Source: Antedon mediterranea (taxonomy: Eukaryota; Animalia; Echinodermata). Taken from it: a DNA stretch of 64,000 bases. Of this stretch, positions 50,401-62,600 are shown one piece after another (the first letter of the stretch is position 1; every line of letters begins with the position of its first letter). Location of the stretch: NCBI RefSeq assembly GCF_964355755.1, contig NC_092673.1, forward strand, positions 15,782,948 through 15,846,947, written 5' to 3'. Both the position numbers and the translations under genes were made by a program. Under the pieces are notes generated by a model. It did not search any database. It saw only the letters and a program-made list of their open reading frames with translations, and had not been told where the DNA came from.

Positions 50401-51984
50401 TTTTATTGGCCTCGTATGTCCTCCCAAATTGAAGATAAATGTAGGTGTTGTGAACGATGTGTCCGAAGAAAGGCCCGTGCTACCAAAGCAGCCCCCCTAG
50501 TTAGTGTCAGAACCACCATGCCTATGGAATTAATGTGTATTGACTTTCTGTCTATAGAACCTGATTCTAAGGATACTAGAAATGTATTAGTTGTGACTGA
50601 CCATTTCACTAGATATGCTATTGCTATCCCAACTAAGGACCAAAAAGCCCCCACAGTAGCAAAAGCTCTGTGGAATAATGTCTTTCAACATTATGGCTTT
50701 CCAAAACAATTACATTCAGATCAAGGCAGAGATTTCGAATCAAAACTTATCCAAGATTTATGTAAATATTTAGGAGTAAGAAAATCTCGTACAACCCCAT
50801 ACCATCCCCAGGGTAATGGTCAGGTAGAACGGTTTAACCAAACCCTGCTTAAAATGCTAGGCACTCTAGAAAACCAAAAGAAAGAACATTGGCGAGACCA
50901 TGTTGCACCCTTAGTGCATGCATACAATTGTACTAAGAATGATGCTACGGGAATGTCCCCATATTATTTAATGTTTGGTAGAGAAGCCCGCCTCCCAATT
51001 GACATCCAACTAGGTATTGACCCAAATCAAAATGGTTCATTTTCTCCAAGGGGATATGCCGACAAATTACGACATCGCCTAGAAACAGCACACAAATTAG
51101 CCCAGGAAATGGCAACCAAGAAAGCTAATGCCAATAAAGCCCGATATGATAGTAAAGTGCGTGAATGCACTATTTGCAAGGGTGATAGGGTACTAGTAAA
51201 AAATGTGCGCTTAAGGGGTAAACATAAACTTGCTGATAGGTGGGAAGAAACTATTTATGTGGTTTTGGAACAAATAGGGGACAACCCTGTGTACAAGATA
51301 GAGCCTGAAGATAGTGATGGTCCTACTAGAACATTGCATAGAAATATGCTACTCCCATGTAGGTTTGCTACAGCAAAGGAAACTCCCCCTAAAAGTGGTA
51401 CTAAAGAAAAACAAAGACAGAGAAAGCCTGTCACTCGACAAGGGCACAAAACGCCTAAGTCAACTGTCCCACAGCCAGAACTATCTGGACATGAAACAAG
51501 TGATAGTGATTTAGATTATTACATTCCAAATTCAGTTCGCACACTTCAACAACCAACAGATCCATCTATACCTCCTAATCTGGGTAATGACCAAAACGTG
51601 GCTCAAACTATTATAGAAACCCCAATTGTTAACGAAATAGAACCTCAGATCAATGAGGAAGATGTAATAGTTAACCATGATATTAATGATTTCGAAGATG
51701 CTGTTATTCATAATTTAGACAACAATGATAATGTTAATATTGATAATGCTAATAATGAGCCTGATATTCAACCTGATGTCCACGAACCACAGGCTAATAC
51801 AGATGATACCTTACGTCCTAAACGGCTAAGAACACAGCCAGAAAGGTTAGGTTATTTTGCTCCCGGCCAACAAGTTACATCAACTTCTAATATGGTGGTC
51901 CAAGTCATTGGGATGCAAAACCAAATGTTTGCTGATATGATGCAATCTCAATTATCACTTTTAAGAGGCTCTAAGCCGAATTAA
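47434..51984 (+). CDS. pol: Pol polyprotein (protease, RT, RNase H, integrase), expressed as a Gag-Pol fusion
   Basis: The frame is open upstream of the listed ATG (LIGDPSVVTIIVDGHICNAM-LDTGS); RT YLDD; RNase H TDAS/LEFLA/TDN; integrase HDDIGH..CERC and IDF/SDQG/ERFN. Confidence 0.96.
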   Translation, partial: SGGKRQRASGKKGQRSAPSVKRSQQKRKGNTGTKTSNNLLHSAISQTNNLIGDPSVVTIIVDGHICNAMLDTGSQVTCISEDFYKDKLRDKPIYPLTDLIVTGAGGQNVPYLGYIEVNLTFPKVQTGYTKQFPTLALVCPKLGKGLSMLMGTNTSIVRDLATGWTNTKKKGRKVGPIHSAWAEVYKEDKAKKDKLGPVKICSPMTIPRGKIVEVECVIKNTVHPNLDVLIEASPDTPLPGGLLITPLIVKLEHMGPVKLRVPLSNSSKEIRLNRNFKIATAFIPQSITHHSPEVHCNSSTASNNFNFDSSPISHIDKAKFINLLNNHPNVFSKNDLDIGRTSAVKHKIHLTNDTPFRQPCRRIPPSDFNDARDHIQDLLRKNIIRESESQYSSPIVLVRKKKTNEIRLCIDYRLLNSRTVRDQYNVPNIEDALTTLRGAKWFSCLDLKSGYYKIEMAEEDKAKTAFWCPLGFYEFNRMPQGITNAPATFQRLMEKCMGELTFSDVLVYLDDLLVFSTTLDEHLAKLDKVLSRLEEYGLKLNPDKCNFAQTSIKCLGHVISEDGVSTDPDKVEAVKSWPRPSNVKELKSFLGFAGYYRRFIQHYSHIAKPLNQLMTKYDPIRKRGKTFKKPKSNTPSERRPSPNTPFGTNWSESCQVAFDVLIDKLSSAPILGFADYNSPFILHTDASTSGLGAALYQEINGIKRVIAYASRGLSKSEANYPAHKLEFLALKWAVTETFTDYLYGQRFVIYTDNNPLTYVLTTAKLDATGQRWLAALVNYNFDIKYKAGRNNQDADGLSRRPHDPPSNDFEYEQYQEKADEVLGRVKFSSCSFTAVCNAKIVKKSTIPNDTTPLVESVSDSPDAIPAIYDNPIRPIDGQSTLPNVTAAEWVEHQQQDPNIKPIFKFVYNKRKPTQDELTKLPEETRLLLRQFDKLLVKDNILYRQFVNNIGAMQLQLVLPTAYRDKAFTGLHDDIGHPGMERTLDLARSRFYWPRMSSQIEDKCRCCERCVRRKARATKAAPLVSVRTTMPMELMCIDFLSIEPDSKDTRNVLVVTDHFTRYAIAIPTKDQKAPTVAKALWNNVFQHYGFPKQLHSDQGRDFESKLIQDLCKYLGVRKSRTTPYHPQGNGQVERFNQTLLKMLGTLENQKKEHWRDHVAPLVHAYNCTKNDATGMSPYYLMFGREARLPIDIQLGIDPNQNGSFSPRGYADKLRHRLETAHKLAQEMATKKANANKARYDSKVRECTICKGDRVLVKNVRLRGKHKLADRWEETIYVVLEQIGDNPVYKIEPEDSDGPTRTLHRNMLLPCRFATAKETPPKSGTKEKQRQRKPVTRQGHKTPKSTVPQPELSGHETSDSDLDYYIPNSVRTLQQPTDPSIPPNLGNDQNVAQTIIETPIVNEIEPQINEEDVIVNHDINDFEDAVIHNLDNNDNVNIDNANNEPDIQPDVHEPQANTDDTLRPKRLRTQPERLGYFAPGQQVTSTSNMVVQVIGMQNQMFADMMQSQLSLLRGSKPN
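47440..47503 (+). promoter_or_regulatory. -1 ribosomal frameshift signal (G GGA AAC) with predicted pseudoknot
   Basis: Heptamer 47440-47446 is in the gag frame; the pol frame is -1 and open from 47434; stems GGGCA/TGCCC and GGGAC/GTCCC start 6 nt downstream. Confidence 0.85.
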
Positions 51985-52198
51985 TTTTATAATGTTATTT
52001 TTACTATATGTTTATATATACACGCCAATTTTGATTCCTTTTCAATGTAATATTTTTTTTTCACTGTATATTTTATGTATTAAGACAGGTGAATTACGAT
52101 CAAAAACTAAATGGTGACGTAGTTAAGCACTACTTTTAATGTAAATGTTGGTTACCATTGAGTTTGTTGAGCGTCGTCCGGGGACGGACGAATATTTT

Positions 52199-52209
52199 GG
52201 CAGGGTGAG
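52199..52209 (+). promoter_or_regulatory. Polypurine tract
   Basis: ggcagggtgag immediately precedes the TG of the 3' LTR. Confidence 0.7.
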
Positions 52210-53982
52210 TGTAACCCAGGCTACAAAAGTAGGCCAGTCAAAGAAGATGAAGGGTAACCCAGGCCACAAAAGTGTGCCAGTCAAAGAAGATGAAGGGTAA
52301 CCCAGGCTACAAAAGTGTGCCAGTCAAAGAAGATGAAGGGTAACCCAGGCCACAAAAGTGTGCCAGTCTAAGAAGATGAAGGGTAACCCAGGCCACAAAA
52401 GTGTGCCAGTCAAAGAAGATGAAGGGTAACCCAGGCCACAAAAGTGTGCCAGTCTAAGAAGATGAAGGGTAACCCAGGCCACAAAAGTGTGCCAGTCTAA
52501 GAAGATGAAGGGTAACCCAGGCCACAAAAGTGTGCCAGTCTAAGAAGATGAAGGGTAACCCAGGCCACAAAAGTGTGCCAGTCTAAGAAGATGAAGGGTA
52601 ACCCAGGCCACAAAAGTGTGCCAGTCTAAGAAGATGAAGGGTAACCCAGGCCACAAAAGTGTGCCAGTCTAAGAAGATGAAGGGTAACCCAGGCCACAAA
52701 AGTGTGCCAGTCAAAGAAGATGAAGGGTAACCCAGGCTACAAAAGTGTGCCAGTCTAAGAAGATGAAGGGTAACCCAGGCCACAAAAGTGTGCCAGTCCA
52801 AGGAAATTGCAACATTTACACATTCCTACTTCCTTACAAACAAACAAAGTACTGACCAACATACTTTAAGTATGAGCTAATTATTTTAAGCAATAAACTA
52901 TTAGCTGATCAAACTCCAAATAAGGAAATAGGGCCACCATCATCTACCATTAGATAATGGTCCAGGAATGTATTTCGGAACAACAGGGTGGGGCCAAGAT
53001 ATATAAAAAAGACTGCAGAGTTGGGAAAAATCACAACTCAACTCTAAATCTATTGAGAGCAGTCAGGTCCTCCCTGATACTTTTTGTACGTTCTGAAAGA
53101 AGTTGTATTTACACTTATTCCTTGCTCAACAAATTCAGGTAAGATAACCAACATAAACTTATTATTTTGTAGCGTAAGTAACATAGCTAAGTCCTTTAGT
53201 TGTACTTGTTAACTACATATAGGATACTACTTTTATGTTTATCATTGCTCGTTGTCCAGCAATGAATTTATTATCTTAGATACAACTTGATATATTGTAA
53301 ATATGTACTATATGTTTGACCACCTTATATCGTATTGATTGTATGTTTATATGTAAGTTAGAGTGTAGTAATAAGACCCTGTCATTATATACTCACTAGG
53401 CTATGATTTATTAGCTAATCCTAAATTATCCTTGAATGAAGCCTCCTGTATAGAGAATTCTGTAGTTATAGGAATTAAATACAAAAAGGCTACCGTAGTA
53501 CACAACTCAACTCTAAATCTATTGAGAGCAGTCAGGTCCTCCCTGATACTTTTTGTACGTTCTGAAAGAAGTTGTATTTACACTTATTCCTTGCTCAACA
53601 AATTCAGGTTGAGGGAAGATTGCCCAAGTTGGATTCTGTGTGTAAAGTCCACAGCCAGACGAGGGAATCGGTGGAGTGTATAAGCATCAAACTTCGAACG
53701 GGTTTACCACACCAAAAAGGGGACAAGCTCGACCACTGCCAGTTGTCAACAAACTTAAGTTTGACTTGTTATCTAAATCTTTAAGCATACTTAATTATAA
53801 GTCGCATATTGTATAATTTGTATTACGATTTAGAATAATAACACATCTACTATAAGCCAACTATTGTGTACTCTTTTATTTATTATCTATGTGTGTCTAG
53901 TGCCGCTGCCCCAATCAACTCGAACCCCGCTCACCTCAACCCTAAGTCGATAATATTTTGTGTTGTGTGTAGAGCGGTTACA
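52210..53982 (+). repeat. 3' LTR (1773 bp), with a 14-unit 43-bp array (52211-52801) and the same 107-bp duplication (53032-53138, 53501-53607)
   Basis: Collinear with the 5' LTR apart from 23 fewer units (989 bp) and a 1-bp indel. Confidence 0.95.
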
Positions 53983-54522
53983 CTTAGAAAAGTGTATCAC
54001 TTGATAATGCACTATTAATCGCTGTAAAAACAGATAACATAGACAGATAAGTATACTACCATTACTCAAAGTGCCCTTTCACTCGCAATAAACTCAATAA
54101 AATAAGAATATCAAAAATAAAAAAATCAATTGAAAGGAAATATCGTTGCCATTATTAAAGATAAATTCTAACCCGAGAAGTACATTCCACCGTAGGAAAT
54201 ACAATAATAGTGTTCGGTTGAGAAAAGAACAAATATTAGTTTATCTAGGTAAGTATGCACAAAATAAATTTATTAATTTAATTTAGCACTTAAATTTACC
54301 AATTATCAATGTTTGCATTCAGTGCGTGCAGTAGCGTCTACCAGTAAAAACGCAAAGATAATAAACGCTGATCATAGGTGAATGGTGTTGTTTGTTCATA
54401 AGAAATTCTTATTTGTTTGATATTAATTAAAATAGTAACAAATTACTAAATCAATAGTCAAAACTAGTGAGAGAGATAATGCACCTGTTTGCTATGTTGA
54501 AATTGAGTAGAATAAGTATTAA

Positions 54523-54950
54523 AACTAGAAGGGTACTCCAAGAGTGCAACCTCTGTCTAAAGTATAATTCCCCTATATAGGCCTATTCCTCTGACATTAT
54601 TGTTTTTGTCTTAGTGCTGAGCGTGATTAGGGTAATTGTACTAAACCTTGTGAATGTGAGTTTGGTATAATGGTAATCTATACAGCCTTTCAATTTTTAT
54701 TATTAATAATATTTTATATTTAATTTTATTTATTAAGACTGCTCAGTATCAGATCGCCCACTTTTGAAAATTGCATCCTAGTTTTTAACCTTAGCAGGTC
54801 TGAAAATAATAATAAAAAGTGGTCCAGAATTGGAATCCTGGTTCAGATTTCACCCAAAATGTAATGAAGTAATATTCCTGATAACATATCTATCTGTGAT
54901 TTCAATTTAGTAAAGATTTGACAATAACTTTTAGAGTAATCCTGCCATGT
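54523..54950 (-). mobile_element. HINE-like element related to element A
   Basis: actagaagggtactccaagagtgcaacctc...ctgaaa...aaaagtggtccagaattgg...gagtaatcctgc aligns by eye with 11878-12500. Confidence 0.65.
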
Positions 54951-57900
54951 TTGCACAAATGTTGTTGTTCGCACATTTGATGACAAAATGTTTGCACAAA
55001 TGTGTTTATTTGCAAAAATGTGATTTTTGCACATTTTTTACGGCTCAACAAGGGAAGAGTTGAACGTGCAAAAACAACAAGAAAAGACGGATGGTGAAAA
55101 AGAGGGAACAGAGTTGGAATAGAAATGATGTAACTAAGCCAACCCTGTGGCCAGTAACCGAGTGCGGCCTTATTTTCCAAAGGACCAAAAGAGGATAGAC
55201 ATAGACAGATAAGAGATTACTGTTGTACTGTATATAAAAATATCCAACGTAATTGCATATCGGACCGAAGTGGAAATAAGAAAACGAAATTGATTTTTGA
55301 TATTTATAAATGTACAGCATTGGTTGATCTTCATTTATAAATAAAGAAACTTAAATCTCAAAAGCAAATCTATATTCTACATGACCGCCTGGTTGGCCTA
55401 TACCGTACTTCTTATCCGCCCTTAAAACCATCTAGTTCCTTTCACTCTTGGTGAAATTATAAATTATATTTCAAGTTTAGAAAGATTGAGGTTAAATGCA
55501 CTGATGATAGGAACATGTTAGTAAGTAAAATACAGCTGAATTATTCAAAACCCATCATGTGGGGCCTACTTTTCAGTGATTTTCTAATTACAACTCGAAA
55601 ACTACTAAATAATACTAAAACCCGGTTCCAAACTTAATTGAAAAAGATCTTTCGTATTGATTGCTGCACTTAGCAGAGATGTTGGGATACGAGAATGAAG
55701 CAAGAGATAAATGGAATTAATAAACATTATTTCTATAGTCAAAGGGACAAGGACATGGATGTGTATGTATCTAAATTTAGAACTGCATGGGAGTCAGAAC
55801 AACATGGATTTATACCTGATGACATATGTTTATAAAATGAGTTTAATATTATATTCTTAAAATGATTGTAATGCATCTCTTTCTATGGAAATTGAATGTT
55901 ATTGTAAACGATTTATTTACCTTGATGAAATAAAAGGGAACTTAACGAAATAAATAACTTTAAACGTCATTCGTAAATGTGATTTAACAGCAACTCACGT
56001 CTTACTTAAAATTAAATTTTATCCGTGAAATGCTACCAGAGACTCGGGTTTCCCGAAGCATGAATGAGAACCTTTCGTGTAAAACACTCATTAGAGGTTT
56101 TTATTTATTTATTTAAAAGATAAGCTGATCATTAGGGACCCTCAATCAATGCAAAGAGTAAATACAAAATAAACTATAAAAATACAAAATTAATAAATAT
56201 ATAAAAAAATAAATATAATAAATATAAATATACGATGAGTGAAAGAAGCGGCCACACCCTTTAGTTCTATTGATTTAGACTGTAAGTAATGACATTCTTG
56301 TCAACACTTGACAACTAAAGAGGGAGTTTACTCTTGTGAACTTAGCTTTATTTTGAAGTATGCTTCTTGAATAATAACTTTCTGTTTTATTTAAATTGTT
56401 TAGGATGATCTGTTACAATTGTGAATATATTAACCAGCATCGTGGTAATACGACCCGGGAATACGACGAGGTAACGACAGGACTGAAAGACAAATGAAGA
56501 ATTGTAATTCCTGCAAGCTATTCAACTCAATATGTACTATAACTCGCTAATATTGAACTTTTAAAGTGTATACTTTGGATTGATTACTTATGAATTAGCA
56601 TTAAAAGATTGATAACTTGATATGTGTAATAAAAGTTTAGACAAAATGATATTTGATGGTGACTAAGTGCAATTATGATTAGTATAATATGCCAATCTCG
56701 GGCCGGCTCAATCGACACCCCCCACCCCCCAACCTCCCTCCCTCCCTCCCTATGCAAGAATTACTTCTAACAAATTATTACTACTATTTTTACCATCTGT
56801 TTTGTTTGTGTTTTTTTTTTTATGGAAAAGGACTCTGTATTTGTTAGATACAAAACAAATGTATCGCCGTCACGGCTAGCATTATTATTTGTATATGTTA
56901 CCAGCACATAATTATACGGTTAGTTAAATGGTCCGTTGCAGGAAATGTGTTTTCAATTCCAATTATAGTGTAGCTTTTATATTAAATATGTACTGTATAT
57001 CAGGATTAAAATTTCCTTTAGGTAATAAATAAAGTGTTATCAATTTAATTGATAGGCGAGACGCGTTCCGTCATCAACATTGATTTAGAATTTCAATCAT
57101 GGATCAGATGTATTTCATATCAAATTATTTTATGAAGCATACGATTATTGAGAGAGAAAAACGGTACTTTAACCGAGCGTGATGATGGATCACCATAGAA
57201 CTTGTATCCAATGTGTGACGACGATAGTGAATGACGTCACAAAGTTGATGGAGTACTGTGGAATACCCATCTTTTTCTAGTAAGTAATCGTTGGACGCAA
57301 AGGACATCAGCGCAACGCAAGTAATTCAACCAATCACAGGCGATGGATTATTTGGGCTTTGTTATTAGCTTTACCATATTTTGACAACGTATTAGGATTA
57401 CATTGCGAGATTTACGATATCGCCGCGCGCGCTCGCCGTGCAGCCGTCGCAATAAATTGATGTGACGTCAAGTGTGCTTAGCAAAATTTACCTAACGTTT
57501 TCACTGTTGTTAAGAGATAGGTACCTGTCATTTCAATTGATGTTGTTTGAAGAAACACTTCAATATCCATAGGCAAAAGAAACAATGACAATATTAAACA
57601 TTAAGATTTGTTACGATTTATTTAAAAAGTGTGTTTACTAAAAATTGTACTTGTCTATTGACCCCCGAGGTAGCTAGAACTATGACGTATGATATTTATA
57701 TCAAATTGCACCGGTAACTAGAGAAATTCCATTTCTCTCTTTGTGGTGACACTTGCACTTGAATGAAAGCAATAGATTACGTAATGAGGTGTATGTGATT
57801 GTAGTCTATTTTTGAAAGACAGCCACCTGCTGCAGCTGCAATCAAAATAAAATTAGAAACATTAAACATGTCTCCTTTCTGTCTATATAGAATTATATTT

Positions 57901-58505
57901 ATACAAAAAAAATATTATTTCATTGTATACATTATTTTGTAGTCTATAATAATTTGTAATTTTTCCATTGAAAATCTCTAAGGTCTCTTGTGACTTGAGA
58001 AAACATTATTTACGGCACCAATGCATCTTATCTTATGCGTTATTGATGTCATGGGTAATTAAAGTTTTATGACAATTACAATCTTTTGATACTAGATCAG
58101 CGTTTCATAAGCGTTTTTGGTTTATATTTCTTTAAAACGTGTTAAACCAATAAGAGAGGTCAGGGGTCAATGAGTTATAACAAGATTCAAGACAAGAAGG
58201 AGCGAAACCAATTTGTGAGAAAGTTTGCAGTACCAGGTAGATATACATTTCTATTTAATTTAATGTCAGTTCTGAGTATATAGATTAGTTGCATATTTAT
58301 ACTTATATTAGCAGAAATTAGTTAAAGAATGTACTTATATTCTTATAAATGACCCCACTATCACACTAACGTAAACGAGCGTTTCTTAAACGCCATTAAT
58401 TACGTAACGCATCATTTAAATATAAGGTTGAGGTATGTGACGTATGTAAATATAAATGACGTAACAAGGATACGGGGGGGGGGGATCTTTTATTACACTA
58501 TTCCT

Positions 58506-58648
58506 AAGCTCTGTCTACACTAAAAAAAAACGTGATGTGCTCAAATATGGTAGTGATATGACACCATCATATATATCAGTATGTCGTCAATATATAGGAA
58601 CATCACATTGTTTTTGTCATATCAAATTTGAGAGTGCAGACAGAGCTT
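58506..58648. mobile_element. MITE family A copy
   Basis: agctctgtctacact ... agtgcagacagagct terminal inverted repeats. Confidence 0.75.
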
Positions 58649-59539
58649 TAAAGAAAATTTAAAGTTCATGATTGTTTTATTCATACTTTTTTTTTATCTG
58701 TAATGTTTAATAAAGGCAATGCATTTACAAATGTTATATACAGTGACATTTTATGCAAATTTTGAACGGAATCCTAAACATAAATTGAACCGACCTATTA
58801 ATGTCAATGTTTGAAAAGATAAATGAAGAATTTATTAATTATTGGTTGATGTTCTTTCAATATTCTTTACATTACACAAAACCAGGTCATGTGTAAATGG
58901 ATCAAATAATTATCTCGTGGGTATAAACCAAATATTTAGACACTACGGTATAAAATATAGTAGTTTTGTCAGACTTGATAATCTCACATACTAGAAGTTC
59001 AGTATGATTCAATATTTTAATCTCGGTCATTGTATCTAATCTATATCGTGATTGATTGATTAATGTATTCAATTCAAACAGATTTAATATCGGACTAATG
59101 GAATAAGAAAACGACTGTTGGAATTTGTTTTAATGTGTTTTATGCAGACGTTTAAAGTTCTAAAGAGGTGCGTAATGTTGAAAGCCAAATTGTGTTTTTT
59201 TTTCCATTTTACTTTGTTCCGGTTACGTCACATCATTTTACATTAAACGAATGATTTATAAAGTAGTAGAAAATAAGAAATGATGACTGTATTGTTTGAA
59301 ATACGCATACTCTGAAGTTTGGTTTAAACTTGAACGCAACGCGATAATGAGACGTAAGCGCATCGCGGTGGAACAGATCATGCAAACTATGGCTTGTGAT
59401 TGGTCATCAACTCACTTGCGTTGTGCCTCTCACATTGGGGCCGGGGATCAAGCTTAATGTTTTAGAGCTTTTAATGAGTGAAATTTCGATAAATAGGTTT
59501 ATTTTATTTATTTATTAAATATTCCCATGTATTTCTTTA

Positions 59540-59660
59540 GTCAAACACTGATCTTCCAGAGGGCCCAGTTTTGATGAGTGGCTGTATGTGACGGGGGATG
59601 TGTGTGTACTAGTACACCGGGGGAGTAACCCCTTACATAAGATGTGCTAGTTTCTTTAAA
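59540..59660 (-). mobile_element. SINE fragment, same family as 13800-13971
   Basis: ccagagggcccagtt...gtggctgt...gtactagtacaccggggagtaaccc...tctttaaa is the reverse complement of the other copy. Confidence 0.6.
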
Positions 59661-62600
59661 CGCTGCTGAAGATGTTGAAGAATTACATACATTTATATTT
59701 GAATTCAACTGAATATCACAAGCTATTAATAAGTTCAAGTTGATCAGTTATAAATATTTAGCTGGCATTATCTTTTTATTATATCAAGGATATTGAAATG
59801 TGTACCTAATGGCCTAGTTTGAATTTATAGACAAGTCAGCTGATTCGTGTTAACATTTCTGTAGCCGCCGATAATGCTTGTTTTACAGTACCTTCAGGGA
59901 ACAGTGGTGGAAATTGACTGTTATAACTGTCATTTATATAGAACCGGCCTTCAGGCTCTTCATTATTATATACTATAATCGATTATATTACCTCGTTTAA
60001 CCCTTTTCCTTGCCTGTGACTTGGCGTCGTTAGAACTTGCCATATTCGCAAAGTAACGCGTTAGTAATAATATTACAGCGATAGCGTCATTGTGCTTGGT
60101 TTTACATTAACTTAATTAGAAGAAAAAATTCCTTTGTGACATAATGTATGTATTTTTTTGCTGTGGAAGTATTAAAATTATTAGCATTTATAAACACGCA
60201 TGTAGTTTCCTTATTTAATAAAAATGAGGGTATTGAAATTTTCAATATGAATTGAAAAATAAAACTAAAGATTAAAGATGTATTTTTCCAGTGAAAAAAT
60301 ATTTTTTGTTTTAATGGTTTTTTTAATATGCCATTTTAATGTCACATAATAGGTATTATTATTTGACCAAAAATGGATCACAAAAAAAATTATTTACTTG
60401 AAAACTATAATCGAAGGCAAAAATTGACTTGAATTCAATAGGTGTTTGGTTGAATTTAACCGTTTATTTTGAAAACATCATTTTTTTTCCTATGGAAATG
60501 ATTAACTTTGTTAAAACGACAAAATGGCCTATTCAAAGTCTGATTTATTAATTTTCATTTTTTTATCTTTTTTGGGGGACAATACATCTTTAACTTTGAA
60601 AGAGATATTGTCGTTGAATATAATGTTGGATATAACATTAAAATGTTATATCCAACATTATATTAAAATACGTATAAATACGTATAGCCTAGGTAAAACG
60701 TTTACATTTAGGTATACAGAGGCTATCATACATAAATGATAAAAATTGAGTGGCGTTTACGAGCATCACCATAAAGTCACGTGGGATTATTTATGTGTCA
60801 AGCTACTTGACATTGTTCTTCAGACGTAGGTCATAAATGATGTGTGACATAATGATACCATACTATTATCTAGTCTAGATATGAATCGATACTTAAGAAA
60901 TATCTCATCCTAAACATATTAGCAGTAACACATCGACGAAGAGCGTATGCATTGAGTATTAATTAATATTTTATTACCCAGTGTCCGTCATAAATAACAA
61001 GCAGATGAATTAAACACTGTATGGCATTTAAATGTTTTTGTCACAATGTTGCTTGGGGGATTTCTCCTGTAATTTCTATATTTGGCGTGTCATATGAAAG
61101 TTATCGCGACAGCAATGTGAGCATGCGCAGTTCTGTAAAGTTTGGCTAACTGAAGAAAATAAGGAGATACAGTAATTACAAAAAAGAAGAGTAGCTAAAA
61201 CGCCATTAAAAATAAAAAAGTAGACCTAGGTTTACTCTAACGATTATAGTCATACAAATCAATGAATGAAACAAGTTTGATTTTAATAATGTTGTTTAAT
61301 ATTCACAATGCACCAAACTCTTACATTAGGCCTATTTGCTGAACTAAAATAGCACTGTATAACCGTCAGTTTACATATTTATATGGGAATATATCAGCTG
61401 TGACAGACATTAACAATAAACAATAAAACGTTTATTTCGCCCATTTTAAATTGAACCCAAAAAGTACATATTATAAATATATTATATTTACAGATACAAT
61501 TAGGTCAGACTTTATCTGGCTATGATCGCCGATGCGTTATAGTTATGTTAATTAATAAGCATACAAGCTGTAAAGTGTTGTAGTGTATGTTAACATTACT
61601 TATGAATTGTTATGTCTATATACATAATGCATTTCATAAATATCAATACCAAACAATTACACTTACTCTTCTCTTCAATTACTGATAGTAGTCATAGTTC
61701 ATAACACATTTGATTATTTTAGTAGATTTGCTGATACAGAAGAAGAATTGACAATTACGTCAAAAAAGTAACATCTGTAACGTTACTTTCACATATATCT
61801 TTTAGAGAAGTTTTGTTTTACAATTTATAAATTAATGCCGATTAACCATGCTCAAATGTGTACCCCGAGTTTTTTCTTAAGGTTAATCCACCCAAATAAG
61901 AATATGTTTTTATGTTTCCCCTCTCAACAGCCCGTCCGCTTTGGGTTTTGGAAATGGTCATAAGAAATAACAAATTCTATATTTTGTTACTGCTTACGGT
62001 TACCGCTCGTCTGAGCAAGGCAATCTAACAACAGGGCAGTGAGCCTTGTCAAAATACGAACTCGTTACAGTCATTTGATCTTAATGTCTGGCTCCGACAA
62101 ATACTAACAGTAATGTACTGTACATATTATTCCACGGTGCGCAGTATCAGTAAGGGGTGTGGAACTGATCGTGTCGCAGCCACAAATAAACCCTTTGGTC
62201 TCCGGAGATCAGCATCCTGTTGTTAAATTGCCTTGGTCTGACTAAGGCTGTTCTGCCGAACCGTACAGTTGTCAAATGCGTCGCTCTGGATTGCCAAATG
62301 CGTTGTTCCTGTGTTGAACAGGTTAAACACCGCACAATATCAACAAAAGATCATTATTAATTCGATGCGTGTGATGTCTGATTAAAACATACCTAACCGT
62401 TATTATTCATCATCGCGTGTTATGTTCGCTTGATCTGTCAGTAATAAAACAAGTATTACAATATTATATTAATATTCTCATATAGTTCTCAATAGTGAAA
62501 ATATTTTATTCCATCCTTCGGTGGCTAATTACTTTTTATGCAATCGCTTGAATAGCCTGCCTCTCTGAATATTTGAATTTATAATGTTTATACATAGACT

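Larger units (their letters stand above)
43180..53982 (+). mobile_element. Full-length Ty3/Gypsy LTR retrotransposon (PNMA-related gag, no chromodomain, no env)
   Basis: Two TGTAACC...GGTTACA LTRs, PBS, uninterrupted gag and pol (PR-RT-RH-IN order), PPT; only about 5-6 differences in the ~1.18 kb non-array part of the LTRs. Confidence 0.98.

Noticed and set aside
51985-52209. Possible env or third ORF
   Set aside because: Only 225 bp between the pol stop and the 3' LTR; the pol tail is low-complexity acidic, with no chromodomain or transmembrane segment.
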